This document shows positions 1 through 8,982 of a DNA stretch of 26,455 bases, piece by piece. The translations under genes were made by a program, and so were the position numbers. Under the pieces are notes generated by a model, which was not told the origin of the DNA, did not search any database, and saw only the letters and a list, made by a program, of their open reading frames with translations. Source of the stretch: a virus (taxonomy: Duplodnaviria > Caudoviricetes); the IMG/VR virus record IMGVR_UViG_3300032104_000024, positions 1 through 26,455 of that record; one strand, 5' to 3'. Position 1 is the stretch's first letter, and each line of letters begins with the position of its first letter.

Positions 1-770
1 GCAGTGGCTGGACTATCATCGAAACTTATAGATGCAATATTACCGGCACCGCCAGAACCCTCTCCAGTCCGCATAGTCCCAACTATGGTAGAACCACGGA
101 AACAAGAGATAATAAGATTTGTAATAGCCGAGGTAGCGGACCATAAAAAAGCGCCGTGGATACGGACGGTATTGGCATTGTCGGCCATCGTGATCACTTG
201 ACTGAGGATTTGTGTACCCTCGTTAGCTGTAGGTGGTGTATCATCATCTGGGATAATGGTCGTGCCTATGGTTGTCGTGACACCCACCGCAATATTCTGT
301 AAGACTCTGGGAATACTGGCTGCGCGTGTGTGGTTGAGGACGTGAACCTGATTAGTCCCCGTAGCGAAGCACATCATACTGTCCCCCGCCGTGACCGTGA
401 TATTAGCCTCTCCTGGTAGGTCCAGAGTCGTCGCGTTGTGTATCAGCGTCACGGCAGCGTCGAACTGAAGGATGAAAAAGCGTCCGATAGCAACGGTTAT
501 GGAGGTGAAGTTGATACTGCCGGTTACATCGAAGTAGTTACCGTCCGTATTCAGGACCAGCGGGTCGGCGCTGGTGATATCTCCACCCTTGGTAAACCTC
601 GCTTTCAATGGTGTCAAAAATCGGGCGTCATCCGTACCTATGTTAGCCTCGGCTACAGTGGCAATCTCAGCGATACCTTCGGCAGTTTCAGTCGCTGAGC
701 TCTGTGTTGACGCTCGTCTAAAAATACGAGGGAGATCAGCTAATGCTGGTTGATTAACTATCCCACTCAT
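1..770 (-). CDS. Tail fibre / receptor-binding protein, 3' end outside the window (not in the supplied ORF track)
   Basis: Hand translation from the ATG at 770 (TAATG overlap with the upstream stop) stays open to the window edge: MSGIVNQPALADLPRIF... It contains the tail-fibre motif ATETAEGIAEIATVAEANIGTDDARFLTPLK, then KGGDITSADPLVLNTDGNYFDVTG and IPDDDTPPTANEGTQIL. Confidence 0.8.
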   Translation of the reverse strand, partial: MSGIVNQPALADLPRIFRRASTQSSATETAEGIAEIATVAEANIGTDDARFLTPLKARFTKGGDITSADPLVLNTDGNYFDVTGSINFTSITVAIGRFFILQFDAAVTLIHNATTLDLPGEANITVTAGDSMMCFATGTNQVHVLNHTRAASIPRVLQNIAVGVTTTIGTTIIPDDDTPPTANEGTQILSQVITMADNANTVRIHGAFLWSATSAITNLIISCFRGSTIVGTMRTGEGSGGAGNIASISFDDSPAT

Positions 771-1429
771 TAGTAATCTCCACCAAACACAGCAATATCC
801 ACTCTATCCGGAGCAGCGCCAACTGCTGTTCCAACATTAAACGCCAATGCATCATTAGCTTCAAGAATGATATAACGATCCGGTGTTACATCAGCAATAG
901 GCCAATCAGTGATGAGCATATCTAATGCATCTGTGCCAACCGCATTACCTGCATTAGCAGCAAGCGTTGTAAGATGAAGCTGAGAGAGCTTCCAAATAAT
1001 AGACCCAGTTGGCAGGTTCTCGGCTGTATCTACCGTTGCTGTGGCAAATGTTAATGCGAGAGCGGCTACGCCTGTAAGCGTAATAAAGAATGAATTAGCT
1101 AACGTAGTGGGGCTGCTCACCAACAGCCTGTCACCAACAAGCCAACCATCAGTGATGAAAGAGCCACCAGTACGGGTGATGGTGTCAGAGCCTCCACCGC
1201 CGTCTACAAATGCTCCTACAGTCATGGCAGACTGAAGGGTCATACGTTTAGCGTAATACAACACCATTGTATTCCCACCAGCATCAGTGGCAGCTACACT
1301 AATACCATGTACTCGGCTGCCTGAGCTGCCCGCAGTGAAGCCAACAAGAGCCAGCCCTGTACCATGAGCTGCTATGAGGGCAGTGTTTTCAACCCTCCAT
1401 GTTCCAATAAAAATCGGTCTTACAGCCAT
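770..1429 (-). CDS. Tail-associated structural protein (putative fibre connector), 219 aa
   Basis: AAGGAG RBS upstream. Gly/Thr/Ala-rich, beta-type composition. Lies between the fibre adaptor and fibre genes and contains the internal tail-like segment DTITRTGGSFITDGWLVGDRLLVS. Confidence 0.6.
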   Translation of the reverse strand: MAVRPIFIGTWRVENTALIAAHGTGLALVGFTAGSSGSRVHGISVAATDAGGNTMVLYYAKRMTLQSAMTVGAFVDGGGGSDTITRTGGSFITDGWLVGDRLLVSSPTTLANSFFITLTGVAALALTFATATVDTAENLPTGSIIWKLSQLHLTTLAANAGNAVGTDALDMLITDWPIADVTPDRYIILEANDALAFNVGTAVGAAPDRVDIAVFGGDY

Positions 1430-1456
1430 ATGCTGTCTCCTTAGGTAAATAGAATT

Positions 1457-2167
1457 TTAAGTAAAATTCAATGCGTTATGCACATCTGTACTGAGTACAA
1501 TATAATCATCTATAAGATGCGAATGGTCTTGTCTTGATAGGTCTGCGCTAGAGCCAGCGGAAGCTGTAAGAAGCGCCACCCCCTGTGGCGTTGCATCCGA
1601 TACAATAGCGGTCCCTGTGCTCGTTAGCTCAACAAACTCCCAAGCTGTGAGACCTGTGTTTGTCCGAAGATAACGTTCTCCTGTCACTACAGGAGGAAGG
1701 ATATTGCTAAATGCAGAGAGCGTACCAACAGGCATTGTTAATGCCCTACCTAATTCTTCTTGTTGTTGGATAGCCACCATCATAGCGCGATCAAAAGCAT
1801 CCTCTTGAATGTCAGGGAAATAGCCTCCTTGATTTTCAAGATCGTTCTGCTGTAATAAACTAACCTTACGCCTTATGGTGATGCTTTCACCAGTAGGAAT
1901 AAGCGTTCCACCAGCTTCAGGATAACGGACTGAGCCGCTGCTTAATGTATCTGTCGTGCTGGTGAGCACGACAGCATATGCTGTAGCCCCTGTTCCTTCA
2001 GAACGCAGCGTCTCCACCCCATCACTGTCTCTTGTTGTCACCTCCAAATCAAACACGGTATCAGGAGAGACAATAGTAGTGAAGATTACAATGGGAGAGA
2101 ACGAAAATAAATCTGCTACACCATTTCCATTTGCTGTTATTTTATCATTGGCAACAGTAATTGTCAT
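1457..2167 (-). CDS. Tail fibre adaptor protein (T7 gp17 N-terminal-like domain)
   Basis: Likely start is MTITVANDK at 2167 (AAGGA RBS). GNGVADLFSFS, ITIRRKVSLLQQNDL and EDAFDRAMMVAIQQQEE are typical of podovirus fibre N-termini. It follows the internal virion genes. Confidence 0.8.
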   Translation of the reverse strand: MTITVANDKITANGNGVADLFSFSPIVIFTTIVSPDTVFDLEVTTRDSDGVETLRSEGTGATAYAVVLTSTTDTLSSGSVRYPEAGGTLIPTGESITIRRKVSLLQQNDLENQGGYFPDIQEDAFDRAMMVAIQQQEELGRALTMPVGTLSAFSNILPPVVTGERYLRTNTGLTAWEFVELTSTGTAIVSDATPQGVALLTASAGSSADLSRQDHSHLIDDYIVLSTDVHNALNFT

Positions 2168-2168
2168 A

Positions 2169-3041
2169 TTATATTTCCTTCGATGGAGCAGCGAGAGTGA
2201 GACCGCCAAATATTATCTTAATTAGGTCTTTATGTGAAATGGTCTCAAGGCCAGCTTCTGTTATTATATCCATATTTAAAGCAATACTTCCAAGGTCGCC
2301 TAATGGAAGACCATCAAGCCGTTGAAGAAGGTCTTCATCAAATTCTCTCTGTAACTTAGGGGAAGGAATAGGCTCCACCCCTACAAACCCTTCTCGTGGG
2401 GCGATAATAGGAAAATCAAAAGGAAGAATTGGAGTGCCGGTTTCAGGGTCTGTAGGATTGAAGAACGGCTCAGAAATTTTATGCTTCAGTCCCACCCCTA
2501 ATAGTCTTTCAGCGTTCCTACGTGCTCTATTAGGAGAAGTGGCAAGGGCCAACTCACTATCTAAAAGTTGTTCAGCAGCTTTAGGCCAATTCTTATTATT
2601 AACATGTCCTATCATTCTTTTAAATTTCTTAAACCTTGGCTTTCCCAATTGAAACATCATGTCCGTTAGGACGATTTGTCTACCGCTAGATAGATTATCA
2701 AAATCTGGAATGACATCTCTTACATCATTCAGTGCATCTATTAATGTAAGCTCGAAAAGCTTATCTATTTGAGTATGAGAGAGAGGAACTTTCTTAGTAA
2801 CAAGCTCTACTATATCTATACCAGCTTGTCTAAATTTCTCTCCTGCATCTTTCCTTGAGAGATTGAACCCGATCCCCACTGTAAGTCTTTTCCTACTGTC
2901 TAAATATACGTTATGTCGGGTTCCTTCATTAAGACGTACAGTATTCTTTAGCCCACCAATATCCTTAACATCATTAAACTCTTTAGGAATTAGTTGAAAT
3001 GGCAAAGTGGGCGGTGTTGTAGGAATGGATATAGTGGGCAT
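2169..3041 (-). CDS. T4-type (GH24) lysozyme with Pro-rich flanks, probably virion-associated
   Basis: NEGTRHNVYLDSRKRLTVGIG shows the E-x8-D-x5-T catalytic spacing of T4 lysozyme; RQIVLTDMMFQLG and FKRMI...WPKAAEQLLDS also fit. Likely start is MPTISIP at 3041, just after the upstream TAG. Confidence 0.85.
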   Translation of the reverse strand: MPTISIPTTPPTLPFQLIPKEFNDVKDIGGLKNTVRLNEGTRHNVYLDSRKRLTVGIGFNLSRKDAGEKFRQAGIDIVELVTKKVPLSHTQIDKLFELTLIDALNDVRDVIPDFDNLSSGRQIVLTDMMFQLGKPRFKKFKRMIGHVNNKNWPKAAEQLLDSELALATSPNRARRNAERLLGVGLKHKISEPFFNPTDPETGTPILPFDFPIIAPREGFVGVEPIPSPKLQREFDEDLLQRLDGLPLGDLGSIALNMDIITEAGLETISHKDLIKIIFGGLTLAAPSKEI

Positions 3042-3042
3042 A

Positions 3043-6000
3043 CTACTCGCCAATACCAATGCTAATACCCAGAAGGGCATCTTGTTTGTCCCTTATTCTC
3101 TTGTCTCTTCTTTGCCTTAGTTCATCATTCTCTCGGAGAATTTCTTCTCTAGCTGCTGCTCTAAAAGTCTCTATAACTTTTCTGATTATAAGGGCACGGC
3201 TTCCTTCTTCTCCATCACTCCCTACTGCCCACACCCCTGAAAGGGCATGTTTTCCAGCAATAATAGAATTGAGAGTGTCGTATGCACCGTCACCATTTAT
3301 CTTAAATTCATTGCCCGCAAGCTTAGTAAAACGGGTAAGCTCACTAGGAGAAAGCTCTATATCAAATTGTATCTTTGAAGGTTTATCAACATTAACCTTA
3401 TTTTCAAACATATAATCATCAATAGGGCGCTCCTTCTGCCCAAACTTATATATCGGAGAAACAATATCTGGTCCTAGCCCACCTTCTAAAAGGATGTCTT
3501 GTCCCCACAAATTCACCATTGCAAGAAGGTCTTTTGAATATCCCGGTGTACGTGCCCTAATGGCATCACTTATATCATTAACCTGTCGCCATACCGGATC
3601 AATCACACGTGCTGTTTGAGCAGCAAGGGTAGGAACGAGGAACGATCCAATGTTCTGTTCAATATATCTCTCACCAAACTTATCAGGTTGTGTCATGGCA
3701 TCCAAGAATTCAGCAGGGCCACGCATCCATGTCTTATTGAACACACTCTTTGAACCAGCTAAAGCTATAGCAGCAATAAACTCTCCATTCTCTTCAACCG
3801 TATGAACACCAAACACTTCAGCATAACTCGCAGCAGCACCAATTATCAGTCCAAAAGGATCAGTACGATTATAACTATACCAAGTATCACCAATTCTTAC
3901 ACTAAATGGAACATGTGTTCTACGCCATGTTTTAGCAAGGGGCTTAAGGGAAGGACCAGCGCCAGTGATACGACCTTTAAGTGCCATATCAACCATCACC
4001 ATAGCCAACCCACTTCCCATAATGATGCGGGCTAATGCAAGATCTCCTCTAGCTCCACCACCTGCAATAGCCCCTCTTATGTCGGCAGAGAGAAGACCAA
4101 GAGGACTTCTGCTTCCAGCAAACTTTATAAGATTGATAGGGGTACGAATGAATGGAACAATGAATTTCAATATTGGATGTTGATTTGTTGCTTGTTGAAA
4201 ACTCTTGCCCGTTGCCCCAAGCTCTTGCGTAAAGGTCAGACGTTCAGAGAAATCAGTGGCTTCTTCTAACATAAATTTAGTTGGGTTGTTTTGAAGCTCT
4301 ACAATACGTTCTGCTAATGCTCGGCCCTCTAGCCCCTCTCTAGTGGCAATACGTCTAGAGAGGGCTTTAACTGTCATGCTCCTACCAAATGTCCTAAAAA
4401 ATTCATCTTCCACAATCAGAGCTGTAGTGGGGAAACGAACAAACTGCCCAACTCCATCAACAAAACGTCTTACATAATTACCTAAACTACCTTCCAGCCC
4501 ATCAAGACCAAAGTTTCTAGCAGTGATGGCTCGTTGGGTGCGACGCTCTGGCTTCTGTAAGATAGATGTGGCTTCGCCTGTCTTAAGGGTGCGGCCAGCA
4601 GCTCTAATAGCGTCACCAAAAGCTTCGGTTATGCCAAAAATCATATCCGTAGCTTCACCAATTACAACACCATCTGTGCTGCCACGTAAAAGATTAATTC
4701 TAGCCGCTAAAGAGCGTTCAGCTATGTTCCATAGCATATTAATGCCAGACGTGGTGATGTTAACAGCATGTGTCTGAGGCCCCGAAAGCAATGAGCTGTA
4801 CCAAAGCTCAATCACCATATCAATAGCTCTTTTGCCAAAGCTTCCTTTAATAGCCTTATCAAGCTTGGCAGGATCATCAAGCCCATCTATAAGATTGGCT
4901 ATTCTCCTCACTTGATCAGGCCCACCATCTTGCATTAACATAGCATTCAATTCAGCAATACGTTTCTGACTGCTTCCAGTGGGGATTTGTAAAGCTCTTA
5001 ATGCCCTTCCTGCCTCAGAAGCAGCTCCTTGGAATTGTATTTGCAACGCCCCATGGATATTCATCATCTTCTTAAATATAAAGATGTCGGCTATGTCTGT
5101 GCTATCCTTAGCAATGGTGGAAAGACGAATAACATTAGCTGTTGAAGCATCTAATATAGCTTTAGAAGCTAACATTTCTTCTGCATTAAACGCTCGTCCT
5201 GATTGTCTATTCAGAAGCTCTTGTGGACTTAGATTGAGCTTACGAGCTAGTGCACGTAACGCCTCATCGGTAATAACGCCACGTCTTGCTTCATTTATTT
5301 GGCCAGAAAAGAGGCGAGCTGTTCTTTCTAAAGCTTCAGCAACATTCTTAGAGCTTGTAAACTGAGCCCAATTCATTTGAAAAGGGACAGCACCTGCAGG
5401 AATATCTCCTTTTAAGAAAGCCTCAGCAGCCTCATCGCTTATAAATCCACTTTCCTTATCTCCACCAAGCCCATCTCTAATTTTCTGTTTAAAAACTTCA
5501 TCATTCAGAGAAATAGCTTCATCAAACTTAACGCCTTTATCAGCCCTATTAAACTTAATAGCCCGTAAGCTCCTAAGCATTCCTTCAGCAAAAATACCAA
5601 ATCCAAGCCCCTCTAAAGCATTCTTAAAACGCCCATCCAACTCTGTATCACCGGGCTCAGTCGCTAAATATTCAGTGACAGGGTTTTGTAGCATAGGCAT
5701 ACGTTGTATTAGATTAGAGAGCCGCTCTTCATGTGGATCAAAGACAAGAGCAGCAGCCGCAGCTCCGCTTATTTCAATCTGTGCCGCTTGCCCTGTCATT
5801 GAAAGAGCTTTCCTTCCGCCATTAAGAACCCTTACAGCTCTTAACATTGGAAGCCATCCGGTGAAGAATTGTGCAAAACTACGAACAATGCCGCCTGTAA
5901 TAGACCTTGCTGGATCAATTTCTGGAAGCTCAATTTTTATTTCTTCTTCTTTTTCTTTCCCTGCCGCCTCAGCAACCATTGGCCCGGTAATAGGGCCAAG

Positions 6001-6384
6001 GTCTTCAAATGTTAAATTCCCGCCCAGATCAACTTTGCTATTAAGCCATTCAGCAAGACTATCAAGAGCCCCCATAGTGTTCTGGACAGCATCTCTAGCT
6101 CCACCAATAGTTTGTGGAATACTTTCGATGATAGCCCCTGTTCCTACATCCTTAACAAAAGCACCAGCCCCTTCCATTATCCTAATGCTTAAAGGATCAT
6201 CTTCATCAGCCTCTTCTTTCTTTTCTTCTAATGTAGTGTCTTCTTGCATCAACTCATCAGCTTCTCTTATCAAACGCTCCATTCTTTCTCTACCAATAGA
6301 AGAGACAAAGGAAGCACTAAGATCATCTTCTTCGAGCTGATTTATGTCTTCAGGAAGGGGAACAGGATGTTCATGTAATGCCAT
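3043..6384 (-). CDS. Large internal virion (ejection) protein, T7 gp16-positional analogue, 1113 aa
   Basis: Size, helical Ala/Gly-rich composition and position as the last of three core genes. The C-terminal region (VPFIRTPINL, WYSYNRTDPFG) resembles large podovirus core proteins (LPD38-like, unverified). Confidence 0.7.
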   Translation of the reverse strand: MALHEHPVPLPEDINQLEEDDLSASFVSSIGRERMERLIREADELMQEDTTLEEKKEEADEDDPLSIRIMEGAGAFVKDVGTGAIIESIPQTIGGARDAVQNTMGALDSLAEWLNSKVDLGGNLTFEDLGPITGPMVAEAAGKEKEEEIKIELPEIDPARSITGGIVRSFAQFFTGWLPMLRAVRVLNGGRKALSMTGQAAQIEISGAAAAALVFDPHEERLSNLIQRMPMLQNPVTEYLATEPGDTELDGRFKNALEGLGFGIFAEGMLRSLRAIKFNRADKGVKFDEAISLNDEVFKQKIRDGLGGDKESGFISDEAAEAFLKGDIPAGAVPFQMNWAQFTSSKNVAEALERTARLFSGQINEARRGVITDEALRALARKLNLSPQELLNRQSGRAFNAEEMLASKAILDASTANVIRLSTIAKDSTDIADIFIFKKMMNIHGALQIQFQGAASEAGRALRALQIPTGSSQKRIAELNAMLMQDGGPDQVRRIANLIDGLDDPAKLDKAIKGSFGKRAIDMVIELWYSSLLSGPQTHAVNITTSGINMLWNIAERSLAARINLLRGSTDGVVIGEATDMIFGITEAFGDAIRAAGRTLKTGEATSILQKPERRTQRAITARNFGLDGLEGSLGNYVRRFVDGVGQFVRFPTTALIVEDEFFRTFGRSMTVKALSRRIATREGLEGRALAERIVELQNNPTKFMLEEATDFSERLTFTQELGATGKSFQQATNQHPILKFIVPFIRTPINLIKFAGSRSPLGLLSADIRGAIAGGGARGDLALARIIMGSGLAMVMVDMALKGRITGAGPSLKPLAKTWRRTHVPFSVRIGDTWYSYNRTDPFGLIIGAAASYAEVFGVHTVEENGEFIAAIALAGSKSVFNKTWMRGPAEFLDAMTQPDKFGERYIEQNIGSFLVPTLAAQTARVIDPVWRQVNDISDAIRARTPGYSKDLLAMVNLWGQDILLEGGLGPDIVSPIYKFGQKERPIDDYMFENKVNVDKPSKIQFDIELSPSELTRFTKLAGNEFKINGDGAYDTLNSIIAGKHALSGVWAVGSDGEEGSRALIIRKVIETFRAAAREEILRENDELRQRRDKRIRDKQDALLGISIGIGE

Positions 6385-7940
6385 TATTTCACCAACTTCT
6401 CAACTGCTGTTTTCCACTTATCCATTCTGTCAAGGGCTCTTTCATATTCAGCTTCAGACATATTCTTTCTATTCCGTGCCAATTCTTTAGTAGCCTCCTT
6501 TACATCTTCCAGCTTCTGGTCCTTAGTTCCTGCTCCTCTACCGAGTTTAAGGAAAGGTGGTCGGGCCAATCCTTGTAACACACTCCTTGCATCACTCTCC
6601 AAGAAAGCATCCAATACACTGTCATGTACAGCTTGAGGGTCTTCACCAGCCAACACTCTATTCTCAAACTCTACGATAGCATTACGAGTACGACGTGTAG
6701 CTCCAGGTTGAAGAATTGCTAATGGCCCTCTAACACCACCAATAAGTTGAGAGATGTTAGTACGAAGACGCTTTATGTCATCCCTAGCTAAAATACCACC
6801 ACGCCTCTCCACTGTATCTACTAGCGCAATCAATATTCTCTTATCTTTGTTTGATATATTTTCAGCATTTTCTATATCTTCAAACGTTTTCTCTCCCAAT
6901 CTCACATCCACTTCAAGAGCTAATAAAGTATCAGGATCAGAAATAACACCATCTTCTCTTAAGAGTTTTAAAGCTTTTCCATGTTGTATTGCACTAAGGC
7001 CACCTTTCTCAAGAAGCAAAAATACTAAGTCCTCACTCACCTCTCCTTTTGCTATCCCAAGAATGACACGAACAAATGTAGCATCTTGCCTATCTTCATG
7101 TTCTTTTTTAGCGCTTGCTTCTGCCTCCGTCCTTAGTCTTAAAAGCTCTTTATCTCTAGCCTCTAATCGTATAGAAATCGCAGCTCTGCTCACCCCATCA
7201 ATCTTAAGAAAGAAATCGTTGAATATTTTTTTAGCTCGATTATTGTCAAGCCGAGAAGCAGCCGTTATCACCTTATCTAAAAGATTAGTGACAGCCTTCT
7301 CCACTTCATTGTCAATAACATCTTGTGAAAAGTCTTTAAACAACTCCGCTGTTTCACCCTCTACAATAACAATCGCCCTCTCTAATACATCTCTGTCAAA
7401 AGGTGCAGCAGTGGCATCATCTTTAGCTTCAGCTATCCGTGCATCTCCTGTAGCTTTATTAGCTTTCTTCCGTTGCTTTGTAACATGCGTAAGGAAGGAA
7501 GAAAGCTCCTTCTCCACTCGCTGTTCAGAAGATATAGAAAACATATTCTTTACGCGATTGTTAGATGCTCCAGCTAAAAGCTCTGCTCTTTTATTTTGTA
7601 TAGCAATCTGTGCTTTTGGGAAAGCTAGGATTGTCAGTTCACCTTCTGTAGAATAAAATCCTTGATTCTCTTCGCTTCCATCTCCTCTTCCTAGCTCTCT
7701 AATGAAAGCAGACAGTTCTATGTCAAGCTTCTTAAATTCTCTTTGATCGTCTTCATCCTGGAGAGCAATAGAGGCTCTGAAAATATCATCACTAACACCA
7801 ATTATCTGCTCACCAAGACGGGCTATAGCACGTCCCTGTGTGGCCCCAAAGGCACCAGCAGGTGCATCAGGAGACGCAAGAGCTAACGGTCCAGCTTTCT
7901 CCAATGCTGTTCGCTCTGTTATTCTAGGAACTACAGGCAT
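6384..7940 (-). CDS. Internal virion protein, T7 gp15-positional analogue, 518 aa
   Basis: MPVVP N-terminus, AFGA...GRAIARLG segment, predicted all-helical, and synteny. Confidence 0.6.
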   Translation of the reverse strand: MPVVPRITERTALEKAGPLALASPDAPAGAFGATQGRAIARLGEQIIGVSDDIFRASIALQDEDDQREFKKLDIELSAFIRELGRGDGSEENQGFYSTEGELTILAFPKAQIAIQNKRAELLAGASNNRVKNMFSISSEQRVEKELSSFLTHVTKQRKKANKATGDARIAEAKDDATAAPFDRDVLERAIVIVEGETAELFKDFSQDVIDNEVEKAVTNLLDKVITAASRLDNNRAKKIFNDFFLKIDGVSRAAISIRLEARDKELLRLRTEAEASAKKEHEDRQDATFVRVILGIAKGEVSEDLVFLLLEKGGLSAIQHGKALKLLREDGVISDPDTLLALEVDVRLGEKTFEDIENAENISNKDKRILIALVDTVERRGGILARDDIKRLRTNISQLIGGVRGPLAILQPGATRRTRNAIVEFENRVLAGEDPQAVHDSVLDAFLESDARSVLQGLARPPFLKLGRGAGTKDQKLEDVKEATKELARNRKNMSEAEYERALDRMDKWKTAVEKLVK

Positions 7941-8513
7941 TTATGATGTCCTTAGAGCCAAAGGCTCATTTCTTTTATTAAATATGGCCCACTTACTGGC
8001 CACCTTTCCAGCAGTAGCGAGAAGCGTCCCTGCGGCTCCAAACAATCCAGCCTCTTTAGCAGCTTTTCCCTTTGCTTCAGCAAGACGAGCTTGTATCTCA
8101 AAGTTTGCACCTTGCATTTTAAGAGCGAGAGCTTCGCGGTCTGCATTTGTTTGGATAGCTATCTCATCAAGCTTTCCAATACGAACAGCATCTAATAATA
8201 GATCGAATGCTGTGCCCTCATCCACCACCACACCACGTCCAGCGAATGAAGCACGTTGTGCCCCAATGATCTGTCCCACTTGTAGCTGTCTTTGCTGTTG
8301 AGCTATTGCCCCCTCTTCCAGCACCTCTTTCGCTTTTATATCGGTAAGAAACTTATTATTTCTTAATACAGCAGCTTGGAATGTAGCTTGAGCTTTTAAC
8401 GCCTTTCCCTCACGTCTTTGTCCAACAGCACCCAGTATCCCCCCTAATGCAGTGGCGCCAATAGAGATAGGCTCACCAAACTCTTTAAAGAATTGATTAG
8501 TCTCAGTGCCCAT
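7941..8513 (-). CDS. Internal virion protein, T7 gp14-like, 190 aa
   Basis: Hydrophobic Gly/Ala N-terminus, Gln/Ala helices, and the motif IGAQRASFAGRGVVVDEGT typical of this family; synteny. Confidence 0.7.
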   Translation of the reverse strand: MGTETNQFFKEFGEPISIGATALGGILGAVGQRREGKALKAQATFQAAVLRNNKFLTDIKAKEVLEEGAIAQQQRQLQVGQIIGAQRASFAGRGVVVDEGTAFDLLLDAVRIGKLDEIAIQTNADREALALKMQGANFEIQARLAEAKGKAAKEAGLFGAAGTLLATAGKVASKWAIFNKRNEPLALRTS

Positions 8514-8982
8514 CTACTTCCTCTTTCCTTTTTTCCACCCAATGAAACATTCTCCCTTCCACCCCTAGTGGGACGGCTGGATGGACGGTGAAGCCAAGCC
8601 ACTTAAGCCATCTAAGAGAACGCTTATTTCTAGCATCGACATAATTAACCAAATGCTCATACTCCTCTAACATCCTCTCCACCCACTCTCGGCTGCCTTT
8701 TAAGAATGTTACAGGGTATTGACGTAAATGTCGTGTGCCTAACATCCACACACAAGCATAAGGACTTAAGAATGTTCCCCTACTCACTCCACTTATCACC
8801 ATTGTCTTATCATCGGCAAGCCATGTCTCACTTTCTATAGATACACCTACAGAATGACGTATTGCTTGCTCAGGAGAAAGATGTCCTATAGCCCAAGCAT
8901 TATCTCTATCTTCCTGTTGCATATAAAATGCTAAAGAAATAATATGCTCTTCTTCTACTTTTACAAATTTATGAACTGTCAT
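8503..8982 (-). CDS. T7 gp13-like virion assembly protein (GNAT-like fold)
   Basis: VWMLGT and LVNYVDARNKRSLRWLKWLGF are characteristic; it lies directly after the nozzle gene. Confidence 0.75.
   Translation of the reverse strand: MTVHKFVKVEEEHIISLAFYMQQEDRDNAWAIGHLSPEQAIRHSVGVSIESETWLADDKTMVISGVSRGTFLSPYACVWMLGTRHLRQYPVTFLKGSREWVERMLEEYEHLVNYVDARNKRSLRWLKWLGFTVHPAVPLGVEGRMFHWVEKRKEEVDGH

Noticed and set aside
1-2167. Diversity-generating retroelement, considered because the head genes are BPP-1-like
   Set aside because: I saw no reverse transcriptase and no template/variable repeat pair differing at adenines. The fibre's 3' end is outside the window, so a DGR elsewhere is not excluded.
3041-3080. 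Frameshift or readthrough fusion of the 1113-aa protein to the lysozyme
   Set aside because: The frames overlap briefly, but I saw no slippery heptamer. A separate ATG lies 1 nt after the TAG, so ordinary coupling explains the layout.
6754-7656. 300-aa + strand ORF, and the other + strand ORFs between 4 and 24749 such as 5675-6340
   Set aside because: They lie antisense to well-supported phage genes and have Ser/Leu-rich shadow-frame composition with no recognisable motifs.
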